Shown here one piece after another: positions 9,807 through 22,054 of a stretch of 51,017 nt of DNA (position 1 is the stretch's first letter; the number at the start of each line of letters is the position of its first letter). Under the pieces are notes generated by a model. The model saw only the letters and a program-made list of their open reading frames with translations. It ran no database searches and had not been told where the DNA came from. Location: contig NW_027192221.1 in the NCBI RefSeq assembly GCF_041956535.1, positions 150,397 through 201,413 on the forward strand, in the 5' to 3' direction. The DNA is from Calcarisporiella thermophila CBS 279.70 (taxonomy: Eukaryota > Fungi > Calcarisporiellomycota). The position numbers were made by a program, and so were the translations under genes.

Positions 9807-12800
9807 TTAAGAATGGAAGTTAGTTCCGTCGGTCGACGCCTTCACGTAGCCCGCTCGGATCACCCAGTCGCCGAACTTCTCCCCCTCCTCGCGCTCCGTT
9901 GCGTACCGCTTGAGCATCGGCCCTAGCTCGCGGATGATCTCCTCCTCGCGGATGCTCTCGCGGTAGAGCTTGTTCAATCGCTGCCCATAGTGGCCGCCGC
10001 CCAGGTACATGTTGTACGCCCCCGGCGCCTTCCCCACAAATGCAATCTCGGCGACGTAGGGCCGAGCGCACCCATTGGGACAGCCCGTCATGCGGATGGT
10101 GATGGCATCGTCGCGAAGGCCGGCCTCCATCACGAGATCCTCGACCTTAGACACCAGCACCGGCAGGTACCGCTCGGACTCGGCCATCGCAAGTCCGCAC
10201 GTCGGGAGGGCGACGCACGCCATCGAGTTCAGTCGCAGCCCCGTGTAGTCCAGGTTGTCGAGGCGGTACTCGGCCAGCAAGGCCTTGATCGTGTCGACAT
10301 CCTCGGACGCAATGTTGCCGATCACTAGGTGTTGGTTTGGGGTGAGCCGGAAATCGCCCTTGTGCACCTTGGCGATCTCCCGCAGCCCCGTCTTGATGCG
10401 GTGGTCAACGGAATCGTGCACGCGCCCATTCTCGATGTACATACCGAAATGCCACTTGCCATCCGCCCCCTGGGTCCAGCCGTAGCGATCGGTGTTGGTG
10501 TCCAGCGTGAAGGGCCGGGCCGCCTCGAAGGAGTACCCCAGGTACTTCTCCACCTCGGCGCGGAACCACTCGACCCCGCGGTCGTCGATCGTGTACTTCA
10601 GGCGCGCGTGCTTGCGATTGGTCCGGTCGCCGTAGTCACGCTGCACGAGCATGATCTTCTCGGCGACATCGATCGCGTGCTCCTTGCGGCAGAAGCCCAG
10701 CATCCGCCCGACCTGCGGGTACGTCTTCTTGTTCCCGTGGGTCATGCCCATGCCGCCCCCCGCAAGCACGTTGTAGCCGACGAGCTTGCCGGCCTCAGCG
10801 ATGGCAATGAAGCCGATGTCGTGGGCGTACGCATCCACGTCGTTATCGGGTGGAACCGTGATGACGATCTTGAACTTTCGCGGGAGATAGGTCGGGCCGT
10901 AGAGGGGCTCGTAGTCCTGCACGGCATTGCCGGCCACCGGCTTGTCCTCGACCCAAATCTCGTGGTAGGCGGTTGTGTTGGGCGTCAGGTGCTGCGTCAG
11001 CCTGCGGCTGAAGTCGTAGACCTCATGGTGCAGGTGGGACACGCGCGGGTTGACGCTGCACATGACGTTGCGGTTGACATCGCCGCACGCAGCCAGCGTG
11101 TCGAGCAGGTTGCGGTTGATCTCGCGGATGGTTTGCTTGAGGTTGCTCTTCAGCACCCCATGGAACTGGAAGGCCTGTCGCGTGGTAAGCTTGAGGGTGT
11201 TGTTGGCGTACCGCGTCGAGATCTCGTCCATGGCCAGCCATTGCTCGGGGGTCGACACCCCTCCCGGCACACGCACGCGCACCATGAAAGAATAGGCCTT
11301 CTCCAGGCCCTGACGTTTGCGCTCCTCGCGCAGGTCACGGTCATCCTGCATGTAGGTGCCGTGGAACTTGAGGAGCTTCATCGCGCCCTCGGTCACGTAC
11401 GTGGTGTTGGGATCGGCCATCTCTTGTGCTATGGTCCCCCGCTAATGAGTAGTAGAAATAATAAAGGAATGAGTCCGGGCGTTAGTAAAAGGTGTGTCCT
11501 GATGAGAAGGTGAAAAATGTGAGAGAAAAACATGAAGCAAACGCGTACCAAAAAGTTGCTGTTGCGCTTATGATCATCGTCTGTGTATTTGGGAACGTCT
11601 TCGTCCGCGGCGGCGGTATCCACGCCCAATGCCTTCCACAGCTGGGGCTCCCAAGCGGCTAACCCGGTCTCGAAGCCATCGGGATCTTGGTCGTCGCCCA
11701 GGCCAATGTCGCACAGCGGGGTAGCACCCAGCCCCTCCAGCTTGGCATCCACCAGTCGAGCGGGGCGATTGTAGTAGATCCTATCCTCCGGAAGAGGCCA
11801 GTAGTGGCTATCGCCCAGCCCGAACACGGCATATTTCGTGTCGGCGAGGTTGAGGTCCCCGGCGGTTTTGTCGTTGAGTACCTTCCAAAATTCGCGCGAA
11901 TTTTGCGGGAACTCTCCTTGTCCTGCCGTCGAGGTGACGATGACCACGTTTGGCTCGGAGGCGAGGTCCGCGACGTCCGAATAGTCGTCCATGGCCATGA
12001 GGCGGGTGCGAAGCCCACGAGCTTTGCCGCGCATCGCCAGCTTTTTGGCAACCCCCTCTGCATTCCCATTATCCGACCCAAACAGGAACACCACGGACGC
12101 CCCATTTGCGGAGAGTCCGCCAATCAGTCGGGCATAATCCTCGCGCGCCTTGCGTTTGAGCTCCTCGTGGCGGCGGGCCACGTCCGACTCGAGCGAGGAC
12201 ACCAGGGCCTTGGAGAATTCAGGGGACTCCTTGACGAGGAGGGAGAGGTGGTTCTCACGATCAAGGAAGGCTTCGAGGTCACGCTTGATGCGCGGCGACT
12301 CGAGGGAAAATGGATCCTTTCCTTCGGCTTCCAGTGCCGGATTCCATCGGTAGAGGGGCCAGGCGCCAGAGTCAACCGCACGCTTCGTCTCCTGAAGAGC
12401 CGCAAGAGGAGATGGGTGCGGTTCATCCTGCGAGTCTAGCTGGGGCAGATACGCCAATATCACGGACGGCCCAGGGTACGCATCTGCTTCCATCATCGCA
12501 TTCAGCACCCCAGTATAGGAGGAGTAGATGGCAACCGAGGCAACATACACCGATCCATAGTTCATCGCATACAACCCCACGTCCTTTTTGCGCTTCTCCA
12601 CCGGCACCGGTTGCGAATAGGGGGTGGTGTCGATGAGGAGGAGGTTGATGTTCTCTCCGGAGGCGATAACATGATGCACCCCGGATTGTCCCAGGTCGTG
12701 TGCCCAAGAATCGGATCCGATCAGCCAGCTCGTGCTCGGCTTCAACCAGGAGCGTTCTCTGCTGAGCTCGGAGTGAGGGAGATGCTCATCCAGCAGCTTC

Positions 12801-14920
12801 TCAACGTCGCTCACCAGGGCCGATAGCTTGCGAGAGCGGGGATCTTTTCGCAAAATTAGCCATTCTGAGAGCGCTTTGTGCAGCGGCTCGGCAAGAGTGG
12901 TGTCCGTTTTTAGGACATTCGCAACCTTGCGAGCATACTGCTCACGCTTCTGGTGCTGTGCAAGGAGGCGACCGAAGCCGTACTCAGGGTTATTTTTGAG
13001 TGCGTCGTCTGCGTGTGGACCCCAAACATTGTCCGTGAGGACTCCGTTGGTGATATCGAGGCGCTCTCCGAATACTTGCGCAAGCATCTTAACATAGGGG
13101 GTCTCCAGCGGAAGTGTGGGCGGCTTGGTGTCCAGAGATGCGGTGGGACCAGTGGCAGCTGCGGCCTCGTCACTGGACTCAAGTGATGCCCAGGATTCTG
13201 GCACATCCACTAGGGTGAGATTTTCCGCCTTGTCGTCACCACCCAGGTAGTCCAATACGCGTCTTTTGCCCACGTCATCATTCGCGAAGTGAATATAGGC
13301 TAGGACGGATGCAACCGAGGTCTCATCCTTGGCGGTGTAACTGCTCACAAATAGGAGCGCCTTGCGTTGCGCAATGTTGCGACGAACAAGAGCGGGCAGT
13401 TTTCGATTTAGCTCGTCCACGTTAGCCTGGAGTGAGAAGAGCAGCACGACGCCGCCCTCACTGAGGGCAGAGAAAGAAACTGAGCTCGCAAAGGAGGGAT
13501 CCACCAGGATAATGGCATTGGCATTCGATGTAATTAGAGACGGCAAATGTGGGGTATCTACTGGATGGCAACGGAGATGCGCTTGCTCATTAACTGAATA
13601 TGTTTGGACAGCCGCTCCCTCCTCTCCGATCAAAATGGCATCGCGAATAGTGGCAAGCAGTGATTCCGATGCACCATAGATGATGGCCTGCTTTGCAGTC
13701 TCGGGTAAAACGTTAACAGGGGTCGAGGGAACCTCTAGCGTCTGGTAGCCATCACCCTCTAATTCGCTACTCCCAACTGCAAAACGCCGGTGGGGTTCAT
13801 TAGAGCTAAGCTCATCGAATACGGCGCGCACCATAGCGGGCGAGAAATCCTGAGAGTCAACCCCATATCGTCCACTCACGACCAGTGGAATCTCTGCACT
13901 CCAGAGGCTTGCATTCTGAAAAGCGGCCACAACATCAAGGAATAAGGGGTTCCACGTGGAAGTGCTGTCTTCTGTGGGCTCTAATACCGCAACTTTTTTC
14001 ACTGTTTTGGGCAATCTTTCCAAAAAGTGGTGTTCGGACCAGGGTCGATATAATCGCACCCTAAGTACACCCAGCTTCTCCTCCTTGGCTTGACGAACCA
14101 CATGCTCTACCACTCTTGACCCGGCACCGATGGCCACCACCACACGCTCTGCATCTGGGGCGCCTGTGTATTCAAAGGGGGAGTAGCTTCTTCCGGTGAC
14201 TTGGGCGAATTTTTTGGCGACTTGATCAAATGCATCATGAATGTTTGAGGCGCTCTCGGTGGGCTTCCCCTCTTTATAGCGTAGATAGGACGAGGTGGCC
14301 GGCTTACTTTCACGCCGTTCTGCGAGGCGGGCACGGTAGTTTTCCACCTCTTCTTCAGTCAGCAGTTTCAGAAGCGCATCTTTGGCGATAATTTCAGCGT
14401 CCACATATTCATGTGATACTCGCCGGCTATCATAAAAGTGCAGGAAGGGAGCGTCAGCTACGATCGATACCACCCGAGCAATCACGGATAGATCGTATGC
14501 TTCTTGAACAGAGGCTGAGCTGAGCAAAGCAAGGCCACTTTGCCTCACCGCCATTACTTGAGTGAAGTCGCCATATGAGGGCCCGGAGAGGTGATTTGCA
14601 GACACGTGCACCACTACCGCGGACTTGTCTGACGTAACTCGATATAGGTGGGGGATTAGGGGAATAAGGGAGTTGGAGTCGGCATGCACGCTGACGAGTC
14701 TGCCTTCTGCGAGGAGCGGATATATTTGCTCGAACACATCCGCGGTCGGCCCTTGACTCAAGACATTCACGGGTCGTCCAAGCACATTATTCTCCTGCGA
14801 TACGGGCTGCGAGGTATGAGCTGCAAGCAGGGCAAAATCGTCGTTTAGTGAAAGGGTTGCGTGGTAGACGGCCGCTTCGCCGCTTATTAACCTGGAGCTT
14901 CTTTCACTTGTGGCGGGCAT
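9807..14920 (-). CDS. MET5: Sulfite reductase beta (hemoprotein) subunit with PFOR-derived N-terminus and flavodoxin domain (~1668 aa, 2 exons)
   Basis: Exons 14920-11549 and 11441-9807 are joined by a GTACGC..TAG intron giving NSNFL|RGTIAQEM. Flavodoxin motifs [18 protein letters not shown] and FGLGDS are present, as are [12 protein letters not shown] and the siroheme/4Fe-4S ligands CVALPTC and TGCPNGC. The track start at 14980 is TTG; the first in-frame ATG is 14920. Confidence 0.93.
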
Positions 14921-15287
14921 TCCTTTATCTGCATAGCCAGAAACAAAAAGAGGATGAGCAATTGCTCTAGAGGATTCCAAGCAATCTCATTGCTCACATT
15001 ACCTACTAGTTTAAGTATAGAGGGGGGAGGAGTTATGGGTTGGGGAGGGGGGGGGATATTTTGTTTATTCTCGAGGACCAAACTGACTTATGCGTGTGAG
15101 CATACAGAGTTTCCTCAAAGATGCCACTTCAAGTTTTTATTACCCCGCTGGCACCTCATCTGTGACTGCAATTGCATCATTTCACGACCATGTGCGATCA
15201 TCGGTGACTACGTTTTAATAGCAGTCCAAATTGTAAACAAGGAGGGTGGCCGAAAGTGGCAAAAGTCTTTTTGGTAGACCCGAACAC

Positions 15288-17219
15288 ATGAGTGCCGCTC
15301 GACATCATCTCTGCTCTCGGATCACGTTGAGCTTATTGACTCGAAGATTCATCCTCAATAATGCGGCCCCGGCCAATACTCGAAGTATCTGCTCCATTTT
15401 CCACCGGCATCGACGAGTATACCGCCTTTCATCTAATCATGTAATTCAACATATACATTCGATTAATACACATATACCACCACGCAATCCATCAGAGGTA
15501 GAGAAGAGCCCACTAGCGAATCCCGAAGACTTGAATATCGAGGATAGCGTTAGGTCAAAAGAGGAGAGGAGGAGAAAATACAACTCTCCCGAAGAGTTTT
15601 GGGATGCATATGGACGTATGCAGCGTGAAGGGAACTTTACTTCAGAATTCGACTACGATTTTTGTTGTGCGGCCCTTCAGTCCTTGAAAACCAAGAGGAC
15701 AAGCCAGTCCCTACGACGGATGCGTGTTGTTTTCGAGAAATATAAGGAGCTCCTTAAAGCTGGTACAATTGTACAAAGTGATCCCCGCCCTTTTAATATT
15801 ATGATGCACGCATACCACCTTTACGGAGATCTTGCGGCAGCACGCAACGTATTCGATGCGATGAAGGAGCATGCTGTGGAACCAAACATCGTGTCCTACA
15901 ACACTCTAATGAACGCGATAACCAAGCTGGGAGATCCCGAGGAGGCAATACAATTTTTCAACAAGCTGCCCATGCCTGGCGATGTTTTCTCCTACTGCAC
16001 ACTGATTGATGCCTGTGCTACTCTGAAAGATTTCAAGCGAGCCACCGAATTTTTTGAGCGCATGCGTCGTGAAGGGGTTCAGCCCAACGCCGTCGTATTC
16101 AATGCTATCATTCATATTTGTTGCCAGCAGAATCAGCTTGCCCGTGCGATGACTGTGCTCAACGATATGCAACAACAAGGTGTGGACCCAAATGACATTA
16201 CCTATGCCACCTTAATTCGTGCGCATTCCCTACGCGGTCTGCACAGCGACGTTGAACAGCTGTTGTCGGCGATGCAAAAGGCTGGTGTGACCCCGAATGC
16301 GGATACCTACATTGCAATTGGTATGTCCCCTCAAGAGGTGATCGCGGAGCTGGGCGGGGACCGGCTGAAGGTATCCGACTATAATTCTCTTCTTAGCATA
16401 TGCATCAAGCGTCACCACGACTTCTCCCAAGCATTTGAAATTTTCCAAGCGATGCGTAGCCACGGCATTGCTCCGAACGTCCGTACCTATAACCTCCTTA
16501 TTGACGCCAATATTAAGAGTGGACGGCGCGAGGAAGCGTTCAATCTTTTCCAGGCAATGCAGGCGGAGCATCTCGAGCCGGATGTGGTCACATACACGCA
16601 ATTGTTGCAGACTTATGCGGACACCGCTGACCTGCGCGGAGCAATGAGCCTCTTTAAGCAAATGCAAGAGAAGGGCGTGAAGCCTAACATTGTGAGCTTC
16701 AACACTTTGCTCACGATCTCGACCCTGCAGAAAGATTTCGATCCAGAAATGCTGCGGATGCTTCATTCTCGGATGAAATACCATGGCGTTGCACTTGACC
16801 GCCGCAGCTATAATATTTTGCTCGCGGGCTATGCACGGGAGGTCTCGCAGCGAGCACTGAGCGACATCCGTCAAACCTATCGCGAGATGCGTCAAGCTAA
16901 AATCCCCCCCGACCATCTTACTTTTAGCATTATGATTCGGGCCCATCTTGCGGCCCGCCAGCCTCGAGAGGCAATGCAGCAATATACGAAAATGATGCGG
17001 TGGCGAATACGACCAGATGCGGACGTGGTCAATGATTTGATGGCAACATGGAGTCAAGCTGGGAATATTTCCCAGGTGCTGAGCCTATGGCATGATGCGA
17101 AGCGCATAGGAGTTCGACTCAACGAGGAGAGCTACGACATTATCCTTAAGGCATGCGAGCACCATGGTCACACTGAAACTGCCAAGGTAATAGCTCGTGA
17201 ACTAGAGGACTCGCGATAG
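15288..17219 (+). CDS. Pentatricopeptide repeat (PPR) protein, probably mitochondrial (643 aa)
   Basis: Tandem ~35-aa motifs (PNIVSYNTLM, PNAVVFNAII, PNDITYATLI, PNVRTYNLLI, PDVVTYTQLL and others). The N-terminus from ATG 15288 is Arg/Ser/Leu-rich and acid-free. Confidence 0.92.
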   Translation: MSAARHHLCSRITLSLLTRRFILNNAAPANTRSICSIFHRHRRVYRLSSNHVIQHIHSINTHIPPRNPSEVEKSPLANPEDLNIEDSVRSKEERRRKYNSPEEFWDAYGRMQREGNFTSEFDYDFCCAALQSLKTKRTSQSLRRMRVVFEKYKELLKAGTIVQSDPRPFNIMMHAYHLYGDLAAARNVFDAMKEHAVEPNIVSYNTLMNAITKLGDPEEAIQFFNKLPMPGDVFSYCTLIDACATLKDFKRATEFFERMRREGVQPNAVVFNAIIHICCQQNQLARAMTVLNDMQQQGVDPNDITYATLIRAHSLRGLHSDVEQLLSAMQKAGVTPNADTYIAIGMSPQEVIAELGGDRLKVSDYNSLLSICIKRHHDFSQAFEIFQAMRSHGIAPNVRTYNLLIDANIKSGRREEAFNLFQAMQAEHLEPDVVTYTQLLQTYADTADLRGAMSLFKQMQEKGVKPNIVSFNTLLTISTLQKDFDPEMLRMLHSRMKYHGVALDRRSYNILLAGYAREVSQRALSDIRQTYREMRQAKIPPDHLTFSIMIRAHLAARQPREAMQQYTKMMRWRIRPDADVVNDLMATWSQAGNISQVLSLWHDAKRIGVRLNEESYDIILKACEHHGHTETAKVIARELEDSR

Positions 17220-17315
17220 ACATAGAAAAGGGCCAAATTCTTAGCGACTGATTTATACTTCATCAGAACATGTAAAATATGGCTTGATTTTATCATTAAA
17301 GGGCAAATTCTAATA

Positions 17316-18143
17316 TACCCGGGTATACTAATTAATTACCGTTGAATTTGTTAATTACTGCAAAGTCGGTTAATTATTTTGTATTTTGTAACCGTAAACC
17401 GCAATAATAGAATATTGCTATCTCGTCAAATTAAAATTCTATCATGCACAGGCTGCGTGGGATCTTTGTAATCTATAATTGTTCATATTCCTTTTAAATA
17501 TGGCTTCTCTCTCTATTTCATCCGATCTCCAATTGTCTCTGTTCAAAGATTGAGACGAAATGGACTCAATGAGGGGTAGAAATATCTGATTCTACGAATT
17601 CATTTTTCGTAATAAACAGGGCGTACAAGTAATCTTTGAATACGAGCTTGTAAAATACTGGTTCATTATACGCATAGATAAGGCACATTGGAAAGTATTG
17701 GGTCTTTTGTATTCTAGGAGCAAACTCCTAAAGTGATTTTTCACACACTGAAACAGTGATATCACTGTTACAATATTACTGTTCTGAGAGTAGATTGCTA
17801 TCATTACTGGCTAGCAATAATTTGTGACAACCAATAGACCTATTAATTCCCAGCTTGAGACAAAGTTATGTCTTTGTCGAGGATAAAAGCATACTGGTCG
17901 TAGTCTATGTAACAGTCCTAGTTGGAATAAATGAGTATCTATGTTTATGAAAAGATGATAAGCAGTAAGAAATTATTAGAATGATACTGTTTACTCACTA
18001 TTATCTTTTTTTTTGAGCTGATAACCCATCGAAACTATTAAGCAGAGTTACGCTATTGAAATTGACGATTAATTATTCAAAAAAATTAACCAACTTAGCA
18101 GTAATTAATCAACTTAGTGGTAATTAACGGGTATACCCGGGTA
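17316..18143. mobile_element. MITE-like non-autonomous DNA transposon with ~65 bp imperfect terminal inverted repeats
   Basis: Left end TACCCGGGTATACtaaTTAATTACC...TTAATTACTGCaAAGTcGGTTAATT (from 17316) matches the reverse complement of ~18078-18143. Both ends are bounded by TA (possible TSD). The interior is AT-rich with no intact ORF. Confidence 0.65.
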
Positions 18144-18505
18144 CAAGTAATTACCTATTTTGGGTAATTATTTGTAGATTTGTACCTAAAATATTCTAAA
18201 ATTTTATAATATGTATTTATAAACGATGACAAATCGATTCTAATTAAGATGCTCGTCATTTACTGTTTGTGGTACTAGCCGGTATACCCTGGAAAATAGG
18301 CAGTGAATCATATTTGGAGGTGGGGTAATAGGGTGATTTTTTAGCTGATGTATTATTAGTAATAGTAATTAACATGTCTTACCGTTTCCATTCCTCTAAA
18401 TGCAATAGCATGATGCATTTGTTTTATTGAGGATATAAATTGCTCGATAAAAATCTCCATTTTTTTATTCAGTGTCACCAACTAGACAGACAATTCTTAA
18501 ATCAA

Positions 18506-19660
18506 ATGACAAAACCTATTGTTGTAGTAATTGGGGCCACTGGAGCGCAAGGTAGACCCTGAAAATAAATACGAAACTTATAGCATTTCCAATCCATTTG
18601 CTAAATCTTTTTGTCTCCCCTTGGATACTAGGTGGATCTGTTGCAAACGCACTCTTGAAAACCGGTGGGTATAATGTGCGAGCTATCACGCGAAATCCCA
18701 ATTCGGAACAAGCAAAGCTACTTGCTTCACAGGGCGCCGAAGTTGTTAAAGGAGACGTTTCAAGCCTCGATGATATGAAACGGTGTTTCGCGAGAGCCTA
18801 TGCGGTATTCGCAGTTACCAATACTTTTGACCCTAGTAACCAGAAGGCGGGTGAGGAATTACGACAGGGCAAAAACATGGCAGACGCCGCTCTTGCCAGT
18901 GGGGTGCAGCATTTCATTTGGAGCACCTCAATGAACTCAGAACAAATATCTGGGGGGAAATTCAAAGTAGAGGAGTTTGACGACAAGCACCAAGTAGAAG
19001 AATATATAAAAGAAATAGGGCTTCCAGCCACGTTTGCGGACGTGACATTTTATTATGAGAATATCGCCAAGGACATGTTATTCCAAATTTTGAAAAAAGA
19101 GGGAGACACAGTATCCATATCATACCCTATCGAGGCTGATATCAAAGTTCCAATGCTGGCTGTCAGCGTTGACCTAGGAGTAAGTGATACTATGGTCACA
19201 ATTTAGGAATCTTCATATGGAGTATGTAAATATTTGATTTCTCTTAACAGAAAGCCGTCGTAGCCATACTCTCAAACAAAGAAAAGTTTTTAGGGAAAAC
19301 ATTGCTTCTAACTGGAAAGAGTTACACACTGAATGAATACGCAGAAATTGCAACCAAAGGTATGCTTCCTCCTTACAGTTTATACATGCTAACGCGTTTA
19401 TATAATGCTTGCGCTGATGAGCTTATACTATTTTTCTCTGTTTCGTAGTTACTGGAATAAAACATGTGTACCGATTTGTTCCGCCCCGAAGTATTCCTCC
19501 AGAGAGCCTAGTGAATCCAATCGTATTTGAATTTTTCAACTGGCTGTTTGCCCAGCAACCACAACCCGAGGTAGATGAATCAACAAAGGAGCTAGGGATC
19601 GAGTGGATGGAGCTGGAGGACTATCTGAGGAGCATTGATTATGGGAAAGACTTTGAATAA
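18506..19660 (+). CDS. NmrA-like NAD(P)-binding protein (atypical SDR), 4 exons
   Basis: Exons 18506-18551, 18632-19179, 19251-19359 and 19449-19660. The spliced N-terminus is IVVVIGATGAQGGSVANALL, followed by VRAITRNP, GKNMADAA and FDDKHQVEEYI. Confidence 0.9.
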
Positions 19661-19980
19661 TTATATTTGGGAGTATTATTTATGCCTCTTAGTGTAATTT
19701 GAAATGGAATATCATTGTTGCAGTATTATTTTAAGAAAATGTGCGCGGCTAAGGGCTTGGTATTTTCTATTTGATGGATTAAGGCCTTTTATTCATATGT
19801 GTTAATATATAGCGACAATAATGCTCTTGACTCTAACATTGGGACCGGTAAATCACATCAAATCGATTGTATTCTCTATAAGCCTGTAATATATGGCTTT
19901 ACATAATATTGAACCGTTAAACATACTTAAACGCAGCTTTCCTCTGGCCTATTATTGGAAAAGAGAAATAATCTTTGATG

Positions 19981-22054
19981 CTATTGGGGCTCCACTCCAA
20001 GCACAGTCATTACATTTCCAACTAATTGCAAACTCCCCGTCACTAGCACCTCAGCATCGCCTTGGTCTTTCACCCATTTGGTGGCATGCTCCACAGTAGG
20101 AAAAACGTGGGCATTGCATTCTGGAACTAACTGAGACCAGGATTGGGCAAACCCGTGTTGAAGGAGAAGCTTGTCATCAGGGTTGACCATATTATTTTGA
20201 TTGTCTAGTGCGGGATGGCCAATATGAATTTAGTAAGTGACCATATTAAGTGCCAGAAAGAAGTTGTCATAGTCATACCCCCTTTGTAAGTGTTGTCGGC
20301 GTAAGTAATATTCGTACAGAACAAGGCGTGATCGAACTTAACCTGGGATTGCAAAGTGCTTAGCGTGCGTAATAAGGCAGCACCGTCGCGGCCGTTTGTA
20401 CAGTTGAATAGAAGGATTCTTTGCCTACATTAGTATAAAGGTTACTTTATGTTTCTTACCGAAAAAATAAAAAAAATGAAATGCCTACTTCTCTTTATTC
20501 TCTAGTGTTTTCCCGAACCAGTCTATACAAGCCTGCATACTCTCAGCCGTATGTGCTCCATCCAGATACCATGTAGCCTTATACCCCGTAACAGTAAGGG
20601 TTTGAGCACGACCAGGCCATTTTACAGCTGTCAAGCCACGTTCAAATTCACGAGGAATATCATCCTTTAATGTCTGTCCGCGCATTGTGCCCAACCACTG
20701 TTTACTAAGTGCCACCGCAAGTGCAGCATTGGCCCGCTGGTGTTCTCCTGCAAGACCTGAAACCGAGTAAAGTGTCAATGAGGTATCGACATAGGCTATA
20801 AACATTTAATGGCTCTACCTAGATTAGTAAAGCTATCAGACCCGTTCGAGAGAATGGATAAAGGTGCCTGTGAAGGAATTGAAAATTGAGCACAGCTCAT
20901 CTACGTATTCAACTGCGATTAAAGCACATACATTTTTTTCGGCAGCTCGCTTTTCAATCACTCTTAAACATTCTTCGGGTTGCATCACGCTGAAAACAGG
21001 CACCCCACTCTTAATAATTCCTGCTTTATTCCAAGCGATATCCTCTAAAGTGTTACCGAGTACCGCAACATGATCAAGTCCAAGCGATGTAATGCCGCAC
21101 ACCACCGGGCGCTCCACAATATTGGTCGAATCATATTCGCCACCTACTCCCACCTCTAGCACTACAACATCAATCTATAGTCAACAGAATAGGATGAGTG
21201 ATGCTGTCCTAACAAGTGGGTTTATGGAGAAAAACATTAGACCTTTTCCTGCATGAACACATGAAATGCCAACAAAGTAAGAAAGCGGAAATAGACGGGC
21301 TTTTCCGGCTGTCCCTCCGGAACCTCACCCTTTTACATATGCGTATTAATCAACTATTATAATTCAATGTTCAGGTGATAAAATTTTACTTTGGTGGCTT
21401 CCAGTCTATCCCAACACTCGAAGAAATACTTTGCGAATTGTTCCTCGGAGAGAGGGCGACCATCAATACGGATTCGCTCACGGACAGCGATCAAGTGGGG
21501 AGAGGTGTAGAGCCCTAGTTTATTGCAAAATAAAATTTAGTACTTTAAAGCGGGATACTCTAGTCAGTTAGAGAGCTGCACCTGTCCTGAGAGGTTTCCC
21601 CGAAATCCCTTCACAATGCCTCAGAATGGATTCAGTGAAAGCGCATGTAGAGCCTTTTCCTTTAGTACCGGCCACATGGATTATATTCAAGCTGTCAAAC
21701 TCGCTTGTCTATCAAACAGAAAAACAGAGAAGGTTTCTTCACAGCCTAATTTAGCTCCAGGCTTCAGAATATACCTGGTATCCTATTCTCTTGCAATATT
21801 CACGCATCTCTGGCAAGCTACGTTTGTTCTCTGATCGTCCTTTTTTCCGCAGCATCTCGAGAACGGCCGCATTGGACTGCAAAGAGTTGAGTTTATTTAT
21901 GGCATCCTAGGATGTAAAATATAATTGAGATGGCGATGTGCTCTGTTGTGAACTATTTTAGCCATACCGTGTAAGTTCGTATCATTGTGGTATAATGCCT
22001 AAGCCCGCAACTGTTTTTAAAATATAAAGTAGCCACGTTAAAGATGCGTAACAT
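19981..22054 (-). CDS. MET7: Folylpolyglutamate synthase (multi-exon), two in-frame ATGs (22054, 21985)
   Basis: Spliced motifs [62 protein letters not shown] and [11 protein letters not shown]. Confidence 0.93.

Noticed and set aside
17592-17804. 70-aa ORF inside the TIR element as a transposase remnant
   Set aside because: I recognised no DDE or HTH motif in the minus-strand frames I translated, which are broken by stops.
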